Origin: Trichosphaerium sp. ATCC 40318
Lineage: Eukaryota > Protista > Tubulinea
Assembly (NCBI GenBank): GCA_038496445.1
Contig: JALMLS010000507.1
Coordinates: forward strand, 1-64,000
Direction of reading: 5' to 3'
Length of the DNA stretch: 64,000 nucleotides
In this document: piece by piece, positions 13,571-23,354 of the stretch
Numbering within the stretch: the stretch's first letter is position 1
Layout of the letters: the number at the start of each line of letters is the position of its first letter
Made by a program: the position numbers and the translations under genes
The notes under the pieces: generated by a model
What the model saw: only the letters and a program-made list of their open reading frames with translations
Database searches by the model: none
Told to the model about the DNA's origin: nothing

Positions 13571-13813
13571 TTAAGTTTGTTGAGCTAGAGCTCTTGCTAT
13601 TTCTTTATGATTTCGCGCGGCTTCCTCTTTGAAAGCCTATCTGTAGTGAGTAGCGATCAAGCCAAAAAAAAAATACCGTACCTCTATTTTTCTATCCATA
13701 GCACCGCGAAGCACGGTAGTTTTATGTTGCGCGAGCATTCGTAAATATTGCTCAACAGTTAGCGTCTTGTACTCTGCTTCTGACAAATTAAGCGTTGATG
13801 GTCTGCTTGCCAT
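13571..13813 (-). CDS. 65-aa protein resembling the Survivin/Bir1/BORI C-terminal helix (helix-only chromosomal passenger complex subunit candidate)
   Basis: Exon 1 is 13813-13682, a 45-nt GT-AG intron spans 13681-13637, and exon 2 is 13636-13571. Product: MASRPSTLNLSEAEYKTLTVEQYLRMLAQHKTTVLRGAMDRKIEAFKEEAARNHKEIARALAQQT. AATAAA follows the stop. Confidence 0.6.
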
Positions 13814-13931
13814 GTTGTTTTAAACCGTTTTGAAAAAGTAGGCGGGAAATTCAAGAAACCAAAAAAAAAAAACGAAAATTGCGTCAACCATCTTCTGTCC
13901 TGAAGAGCAATAAAAAAAATGTACTGACGTA

Positions 13932-16384
13932 ATGAGCAATTCAGGTAGCGAATTGGAGTCAGTGAGTAGTTCTGATATACTTGCCGATCCTGTGAAAGGA
14001 GGTAAAAAGAGTAAGTTATCAAAATGGGAGTTACATGGTTGGTATTCATATGATTGGTACGCTACTTTTGTACCGGCGAATGTTCGAAATTGCTCTTATG
14101 GTATCTTCTAAAACCCGCATATGTGGCGTCTAAACGCTAAAAAAACGCAGTATGCGAGCCAGTTTCTTTTTTTGGCGTTAGTAACACTGATTTCTTTTCT
14201 CCTTAACGCGTTCGTTTTAGGGCGAACTCCGTGTACCCATACGTAGCCATAAATGGCTTCTTACCAATACTACTCAACGATTACGCAAAGTTTAGTGCAG
14301 GAACAGATTGCAAAGTTAATCTTGGCTGGCTGAAGCTTAATCCAGCGTACGATAAGCAACAACTTAATAAAACGCGTTTTGCGTCACTAAACAAACGTTT
14401 TGACAATTTATTTCCTCCACAGGTCCTACGCTAGCGTCATTGTTGGTCTTTCAGTGCTGTTCCAAATCTTTGCGTACTTAATATTTGGTAACGAGCGAAA
14501 AACGTCATATTTCTCAGTTGACGTTTTTTTTCCTTTTTAGGTTCATTGGCTGATTTTGGACCTGCAAGAAAACCTGCACTTATAGTTTCTACAGTATTAG
14601 GAAGCTTTATGACTATAGCAATTGTATTTATTGGGAGTTCATCGTTGTATTGGTTAGTAGCAGTACTAGCTATTTTTTCAAATGTAATGTTCGGATTGGG
14701 AAATATTTACTATAATTCCTACCTTCCGTTTTTATTACGGGATCATCCTAAGGTCGTAGCAGCAGCTCATAAGAGTAAAAAAGAGAAAAGAGAAGTAAGT
14801 ACTTGAAAAGAACAATTTACGGCAAGGCAGTGGTTGTGTAAAAGTAAAACGAAAAAAACTGATTGATTCTTTTGAGGTTGAAGATAGGGTGTCCAATTAT
14901 ATTTCTAAAATTGGGTTTATATATGGGTATATTGCTGTATTGATACTTCTTGCTACATCTATTGGCATTGTATTTTTATATACAGAACCAATAGAAGAAA
15001 ACACAATACGGTATGGACCATTATTCCCTATTGTGAACGTTTACATATTCAACTTTTTTAATTTGTAAATTAGTTGTCAGGATTACTTAGACACGAACTC
15101 AACTCAGTTTATTGAAGATAATAGTACAACAGGGTATCGTGTCGTAAGTTTATTTTACTCATTTAATCAATAACAAACTTTTACATTCAACTCACTTATA
15201 TCAAGGCTATTGGGATATCAGGTTTGTGGTGGTTTGGTTTCTCATTTTTTTCCTATTTTTTACTCCGACGCTATGTCGGTGCACCATTACCTAAAGGAGC
15301 AAACTATGTTACCCAATCATTCAAAACGTGTAAGAAAAATCATAGTATATTGTTCCAGCTTCTAAATACCTGATAGTGTACCAGACCTTTGTCAAAATTA
15401 AAAAGTTCCCTAACTTGGCAGTGTTCCTTGTTGCTTGGCTTATTTATTCGGATGCGTTTGAACTCATTGCGTAAGTCTCTCATTTTGTACTTTAACTCAA
15501 CTAATAATAGGTCAATGGGTACCTTATTCGCTAATGAAGAGCTTGGAGCACCTGGTGAGGTGTTGGCAGGAGTTTTAATAGTGGTATGTATTGATGAACT
15601 CTTGAGCTTTCTTTTTCTAACATTACTTTTTTAGACGCCTGTTTGTGCTTTGATAGGCACTATATTCTGGTTAAAGATCAAAAAGTGGTTTAACCTAAGT
15701 AACAAAACAATGCTTTTTATATTCATCTGCTGGCTTCTTGTACTACCAATCTACGCTTTCTTCGGTTTTACAGGTGTTTTTGGTAAGCTAGTTGACAACA
15801 AGTACCATACGAAACATGTGCTAACCTTTTTATTTCTAGGTCTTGCAAATCAATGGGAGTTATTCCCAGTTGTTATTTGGTATGGATTTGTATTAGGTGC
15901 TCTTCAATCTATAAGCAGGTATCTATTTTATTTGGGAGGTTGGGTTACCAACGACACCTTTGGTGTTTATCAATTTGCTTACTGATTTTTTTTTAGAGTT
16001 TTATTCGCTAGTCTTGTTCCACCTGGCTACGAAAGCGAGTTCTTTGGTTTCTTTGAAATCACAAATCGTGGTAGTACTTGGATAGGTCCTTTTATTGCTG
16101 CTGCATTGAAAGAAGGTACAGGAACTCTACGGTGGGGATTTGTGTACATATTAGTGCGTGTTTCATTTAGTTAGTTTTTATATTAAAATTAAACATTTCT
16201 ATAGTTAGCTCTTGGTATAGCTCTACCAATGTTGTACTTTGTTGATGTTAAGAAAGGTATAGAGCAAGCTGTAAAGGGTGTAAAGGATTTAAGACAAGCT
16301 ACAGATATTGAGAGTAGTGAAATATCACCTAATGTGGTATCTCCTAGTGAACGATCTGATGTTGAACTATCCAATTCTATGTAA
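13932..16384 (+). CDS. ATG22: Atg22/UMF1-like MFS transporter (vacuolar effluxer family)
   Basis: GWYSYDW|ANSVY across intron 14057-14220, GSLADFG, NIYYNSYLP, GLWWFGFS, AWLIYSD, FASLVPPGYESEFFGFFEITNRGSTWIGP, and many TM segments. Confidence 0.85.
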
Positions 16385-16681
16385 CATTGTGTAACAATCG
16401 AAAAGTGTAATAAACTGGAGATATATGTACTAGTTAACTACAAACTAATATCATGTGCAATACATGTGTAAACCATACCTGTTGGGTGACATAACAACGG
16501 CAGTGACGGTTGGATGCAAAACATGTGATTTGATTTCACAACTTTTATTTAACGTTAGTTGCCCTCTATAAGTATGTTTACTTGTGTGGCCAATGTTTTT
16601 CGAAGACTTTGTGGCTTATATAAATAATTACCTACCAAATAATAGCTCTAGTGCAACGTTCACTAACAAACAGTTTATTGC

Positions 16682-19334
16682 TCACATTGAAAATCTAAGC
16701 TCATTAAAAACTGAACTTATTTTTTTTGATAGTGCTTTGTATTTTTCTACCAACGCTTTTTGTCCATCTGTAGGCTCCTAATTGGAATAAAAACCATATT
16801 AATGTACAAAAGTCAAACAAGTAATGCAATAACTGGGCAAATGATTCAGCGTACTTCAAACTTTTGACTTGAAATCTCATGTAGAAGATCTTTGGTTGCC
16901 TCTTTAATACTTTCCCAATCCTTTTCACCACGTGTTAACACCTAAAGTATCATTTTGAGGTGATATCAAAGATTTTAAATAATGTTTCTGTAAAGCAGGA
17001 AAAGAAGAGAAACAGTGAACATGTTGAACTCTTGGCTGAAAAAAAAATTGGATATATCACAAACCTCTTTTGCCTGCTCATAATAAGCAAGTATATTTCT
17101 CATCATCCAAACTGTCTTGTACAAAGGACACCATCTTTATCAATCATCAATAAACAATAATAAACCGAGAAAATGATATGCCAATGACTTACCGGTCGTA
17201 TGTACTAAATATGTTTTGTTCAAGGAAATCTGAAGTAAACATATCAAAGATGTGTAGAACCAGTTTCTCTTCATCTTTGAGATTGTCCTACCAAATTTTT
17301 AGAGTTTTATTGTATATCCAAGTATTTTATTGTATACTTCATGCATAATGATTGAAAAGAGGCATAAAGCGAGAAAAAAATGAGATTGGTTAGCAACTTT
17401 TGTTTGTTCTAAATTTGTATTTACCTTTCCTATGGTGCGTATTACGCTCTCAAGTTTTTGTTTTTGATGGCATATATTCACCAGTGACTCTTTCAAAGTT
17501 GTAAACTCAATGTCAACACTCTATAAACATTGTAAGCAAACAAAAAGTAAACCTAACAAAAAGTCTTGTTAGTTTGGATCATACTTCAAAATAACTTTCA
17601 AGGGCATCCTTATAACCATTACAACTCTTATCAATAGATAAAATTGGAAGCCCTATTCTACTTTGAAGTAGATACATCGCTGAAGGTGTAAATGCCTTGC
17701 TTGCAGCTGAAAAAAAATTACAAAATAAGACTTGAAGTATTGTCAAAAATAAGACGTTACCATAGGTCTCTGGTGTATCGAAAGAACCAATAAACGTTAG
17801 CGATCCGCTACGACAGTCCGATCCTATACATGTGACACAACCTGCCCTAGAAAAGACCTTTGATAAGCCATTTAAATAATGTTTGGTTATTACCTGTCAA
17901 ACGCGCTTGTAAGAGCGCTTGTAAGTGCCGTATCACTTTGGCCTTTAGTGCCACCACTAACCAAAGTTGACCACATTGATATGCCTTCCGCAGAAACAAC
18001 CACATTTAGCCCCTGATCTCTGTAATACTCAGCAACTGTTATACCTATGGGATTTTAGTAATAAACTTTTCGAAGCTTTAGAGAATGACCTGTATACACT
18101 GATGCCTTACAAACGCTTTCTTGAGTCCCTTGGGGAGCTACTATAACCGAGGTACGTTCAGAACAAGATACAGAACCTCTCTTATCAAACAGTAAGTATT
18201 TGTTGTATACAATGGATTGGTACTTGATGGTTTGCTCCAATAGAAACATGTGTCTCTGGTATTTCCATCAGGCCTTCGGTTGTCCTATGTCCTTTCTCAT
18301 TACAATAAATATGAACATACACGTCAGCATCTCCTTTGGATAGTAACATATAAAAGAATGCGCTTTTGGCGAAGGGCCTATACGGATAAAGAACATGCTT
18401 CCCACCTTTTGCAAGCCTAATAAAGAGTAAGAGTGATCACGTTTTCCTTGCATCAACGTTTTAGTAAAATATGCTATCAGCAGGTTTTTTTTAAATCACA
18501 TACGTCGATAGTATACATTCCCTCTGGTATAATCCAAGTTACTTTACCTTTAGCATTTGGACTCAAGAGTATCTTGTGCGTTACTAATTCTGTCTCTTTC
18601 ACAATACCAATGATATCTCCACCAACTAGAGCTTGACCAATCTATAAAGGACGAATTAAGTGACAGATGAAATTGACGATCAACGTACTACCACTTCTTT
18701 ATTAGGAACAAAGGGCCATTTCTTAGTTCTATCAAGCCTTGTGGATATGTTTTTAGGAAGTACAGCATCAATACTTTGCAATGGCCGCAGTAAACCGTCC
18801 GAAATTGAACCCATGATACCTAACAACTACCATCAAAAAACCGGTTGTAAAGGAAAAAAAACTATACCTGGACCAAGTTCAACACATATTTTCTCTCCAG
18901 TCGCAACAACTGAGTCTCCAATTTTTACTCCGGCTTAAAGACACGTTAGCAAATAAAAAATGATACCTTGACTGGCCAGGCTTTAGAGTGAAAACGAAAG
19001 GTTGATGGTTTCACCAACAAAAATGGCAACTTTTCTCTTTTCTTGGACGTACACGTGCTATACATTTCAATATCGACAATGTTCCCTGATATTCTAGTAA
19101 CCTCTCCAAGCAATTTTAACGGACCAATAAGTACCTACAGTGACAGATGAGCCTTTTGCAAGAAAAAGTTGGGTTCCTCTCTTACAGCTTCATAGCAAAA
19201 CGCTGTTGGGATACAAGCAGTTACACCTTGTATTGTTAGTTAATTGGCGTTGATTCAAAGCGTTTGGTGTACTTACAGCCTCTGCTAACTGATAGAATTG
19301 TATTAACTGTTGGGTTTGTTCTGTTGGTGCTCAT
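16682..19334 (-). pseudogene. Highly divergent V-type ATPase catalytic subunit A paralog with a degenerate P-loop and an apparent internal deletion plus stop near 18415-18445
   Basis: Collinear with V-ATPase A along its length: ICVELGPGIMGSISDGLLRPL, GGDIIGIVKETELVTHKILL, ASVYTGITVAEYYRDQG, AGCVTCIG..RSGSLT, DFLEQNIFSTYDR, CPLYKTVWMMRNI. Walker A GAFGCGKT is replaced by PYRPFAKS. Confidence 0.8.
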
Positions 19335-21890
19335 AGGTGCGAAAATAATGTATTTTATGAATAGTAACGTCGAATAAGTCAGAGAAGAGTTAGAATAAAA
19401 CTAGTTCCACCCCAAAACCCCTCAAATACCTAATAACTTTACCAAACGCAACGGTAACTTATTGTGCTGATGTATACCTCGCTACTGTGACAATTGAAGC
19501 GAGAAAAAGAGATGAACAATTGTATGAAAACTCGCTTCTTTTCGTACAACTTAACGTGGCTAAATAAATGCATTTTGGTTTGGCTTCATCACGTGGGTTT
19601 GAGAGGGGATTTTAGCTTGACGCTTCTCCAGCAGATCACATTTAACCGGCAGCAACTGGCTTTTTTTGCTAAACGTAAGTCTGTCTTGACTTGAATGAAA
19701 CAGAAACAAACAATGGAAAAAGCACTAAGAGTAATAGAAAACGAATAAAAAAAGTAAGCAAAACTGGCTAACCTAGACTGCTGTAGTAAAAGAAACCTTT
19801 ATTCTATTAGCAGCCATGTTACCAAGAACATTGATGAATAATGACTTCTCAATCAAAGGAACCTTACATTTTATAACTGTATGCTCATACAATCTGATCA
19901 CTTACCCCATGTGCTTACTGTATCTCAAAAAACTTGTACTACAGTTCTTGGTAAAATCTGTGATTGCTTTAGCAGTGGCTACACCGCTACTGTTTACATA
20001 TTGTTATGAGCATGTTATTTATTGTTTACGTTTACAAGAACATTACAAATGATACAATAAGGGCTAATGTACGAATTACGTTTTGTGCCTACAAGACAAT
20101 ATTGAGTCAATATCTAATACCATAAAGTTGGCATACGCAAGTGCCTGATGCAGTTGGTTGTATTGATACTTCAGTTGGCATAGAGCTACTTGATGGAGTA
20201 GCAGTTGGTCTAGAACTGTCTGAAGGCATTTGTGTACTTGGAATAGAAGAAGTTGGAGTAGGATTTGTACTTCCACTTGGTGTAGCTGTACCAGTAGTTG
20301 GATTTTCTGTTGGTGGAGAATCCTGTAGTTTTTTGCGTTAGAAAAGGTATACTAAGTACTTACCTTGCTACTACAGTCAGCGGGTAATACATCATTAATA
20401 GCTTTCAACAGAGATCTAGAAGAATATGACCCTGTTCTTGATACGTCTTGACTGTCTTCCCAGTACATTACGCCAGGAAGACCTTGCTCTTTCTATAAAG
20501 AAATAGTAAGATTGCTACGTACTAGCGTTAATAACATACAGCATAAGTTGTCTTATTTTTGATGAGGTCAAAGCCATTGAAGTAAAGATTGCCGACAGAG
20601 TTTATAGAAGGGTCTTGTGTCTGCGTTGGGTACATCTCTACAATTGCAGAGTAATCCCAGTTCGTAACAGTTGTAGATGTGAATTGTTTGCCATAGAAAG
20701 GTAGACCGAATACCACTACACTTGTATAAGAATGCTATTATAGTAGAAATAAGAACTTTGAAGGGTGTACATTTGTCTGACGAAAACCCACGTCCAATCC
20801 AGTATGCTATAGATGCTATACTATGAGCTATGAGGACCAGAATCTAACGGATCCCAGCTGCCACGATAGTCATAGGCCTGAACACTATGAGTACCAAAAC
20901 AAGGAGTAAGAGAGGAACCAGTACCATTACATTCCAGTAGTGTGCTGCATTTTGTAGGTTGGGTACATCGAATCCTTTGCCAAAAAAATCTGTAGCAGCA
21001 ATATCGGCTTTGATTTTGATTAACTAACTTATTGCAAAAATAAAAAAACCAATAAAGTTGTACCTGATACTTCAAGCCCAGCAGAGTCTAGTTTTTGGAA
21101 TAATTCAGTCATCAGCTCAGCGTGTTTGTCTCCAATTTCAGGGAATTCCCTGATTCTCAAAGTTACAGGTACGTAAAAATACAAGGCAGCAACGAATCAA
21201 AACGGAATAACGAGGGTAAAAAAAATCTCCTTTTCGTGGATCACGTGATAAATACTCAGGAAAAACGGGTATACTGAACTTACCAATCGATATCAACACC
21301 ATCGTAGTTGTTAGTAACAAGCCAGAGATGTATGTTATCAACAAACTTTGTTCTTAAGGCTGGCGTATTAGCAATAGACTTCCAGTTTTGATTACTTGCA
21401 GAAGCTCCACCAATACTCAGCATCATCTTTACACAACTCCCATCAGGTTTTGCCTCAAGAAGCTGTTGAGGCGACACCCCAATATTAGAATCAGGGAAGG
21501 TAAAAGTGCCATCCGATTGAGGCACAGCAAAAGCATAATTAATGTGCGTTATCATATCCCACGTGATATGACTCAAAACGCCATCCCAAGCAGGGAAAAA
21601 TGTGGATACCACATTGTTTGTAGGTACTACAACATTGTCTAAGATGAAGCAACAGCAAGTGACCTACCATATTGGGACGGGGCTACTGGCGCTGAGGTAA
21701 CAGGGGCTACTGGCGCAACAGGTGGTTGTGTACCATCGCAAGGACCGCTCTGGCATCTGGGACCACTAAGATGTCTTTCAGTACGTAAATGGAGATAAAA
21801 TAAGAACTTACCAGAAGGCTTGTGTTTTATCACAATAACCGTATTGCGAGCAGCATAAACCTTTTTCTTTACCTGGCACATCATCACATA

Positions 21891-21986
21891 TGTAATGACA
21901 ATTCATGTACTGTACTTAACTCAGCCTGTACCTTAATACATTAGAGGATTCCTAGGCTAACCTACTTGCCGTTTATCTACATTACA
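21891..21986 (+). repeat. 5' LTR (96 bp)
   Basis: TGTAATG...CATTACA terminal inverted repeat; identical to 28371-28466. Confidence 0.97.
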
Positions 21987-21988
21987 TT

Positions 21989-22001
21989 TGGCAACACTTG
22001 C
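21989..22001 (+). promoter_or_regulatory. Putative primer-binding site (TGGCAACACTTGC)
   Basis: TGG begins 2 nt after the 5' LTR, as expected for pairing with a tRNA CCA end. Cognate tRNA not identified. Confidence 0.5.
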
Positions 22002-22044
22002 TTTCTTTTGGCTTGCGCTTTATTTCCTATCATTTATTTACACG

Positions 22045-23309
22045 ATGTCCGCGAAACAAGATATTACCTCGCAATTTGAGCTTGAACACGCTCTGTGGGA
22101 TTATCTACCTGATTTCGACACTATTAACTCGGACGTCTTAACCCTCGCTACTCGCGAAAAAGAATGCTTCTATAAAGACTCTTCAGTCACAGCTAAATCC
22201 CTGCTCACACTGCGAGACACTAAGCATTTTCCTAAGATTGCCGAATTTCACAGTGTACCTTTTAAAGATTCCCTCCCTAACATACGTGATTGGCTCAGCT
22301 ATATCAAACAATGTGCGTATAAGTACCGCTGGGTCAAAAGCGACTATTCTTTCGTATTACGTACCAAACTACTCGGCGACGCCCACCATCAGGGATCGAT
22401 TTCACGGCATCTTGAGCAATACAATGAGGATAGTTTATCACCCACAACGCCGTCAAATCCCTCCCACATGGCCCCATCATCACTTACAAGGTTATACTTG
22501 GCGATGGACCTATTACCTTCAAATCGTCGGTGTATCCTCTCGTTCTTTCGGCTATGCGCCGTTACCTTCGTACTGGCTACTCTGTCAAGTGTCGCAAGAA
22601 GCTCCTTGTCATTTCCCAAGGCAATCGATCTGTCTATGCGTACGTCGAAGAGTTCCGCCATCTCGCCTACGATGCTAACGAGTCCGAAAATATCAACTCC
22701 CCTATGCTCCTGGATATTTTTCTTCGTGGCTTACACCCCTCCTTGCGCGGTTTAGTTTGCACCACCGCTCCTGACACCTTCGATAAGGCTGTCGGCACTG
22801 CAGATACATTGGCCCACCAGCTTGATTTTGATTCAACCTTGGCTTCTTCCTCTTCTGTGGTACCTACTATCAGCGCCGCCCATTCATCACCTACAGCCGC
22901 TCGTCCTCTTCGTCACTGTGACTTCTGTGGCAAAGATAATCATGTGACCACTAGCTGCTATCGCATGCAGCGCCTCAAGCGTCTCGAAAAGTGTCTCTGT
23001 AATCGCCCTAACAATTACAACCGTTCCTACAACAACCGCTCCAACAACCGCTCCAACAACTGTTCCTACAACAATCGCTCTAATAGTCGCTTCAACAATG
23101 GTCGCTCTCAACAACAGCGTCCTCGCTACCAGCAAAGACGCAATGTCAACAACGTCAATTCCGATCCTGTTTTGCCTCTTCCAGCTCCTCCATCTCCAGA
23201 TGCCTCCGATGACGACCAGCAATATGATCTCAATGCTGTCTCCTCCTATGAAGCTGATGCCCTCGACGACTATTACAATGACGATTATTATGATTCGGAA
23301 AACCACTAA
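22045..23309 (+). pseudogene. gag: Retrotransposon gag with an internal frameshift at about 22431-22440
   Basis: MSAKQDITSQ..DWLSYIKQCAYKYRW..LRTKLLGDA lies in one frame. QGNRSVYAYVEEFRHLA..IFLRGLHPSLR and the CDFCGKDNHVTTSC zinc knuckle lie in another frame that is closed by TAG at 22431. Confidence 0.85.
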
Positions 23310-23354
23310 AAGGCGCTCATTTCATAGCTAGCGCCTCAGCAAACAAGTCAGCTA
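23297..23354 (+). promoter_or_regulatory. -1 programmed ribosomal frameshift signal (G GAA AAC plus stem-loop or pseudoknot) at the gag-pol junction
   Basis: Heptamer 23297-23303 is in the gag frame, followed by a 7-nt spacer and the stem AGGCGCT (23311-17)/AGCGCCT (23330-36). The -1 frame is open into the protease ORF. Confidence 0.75.
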
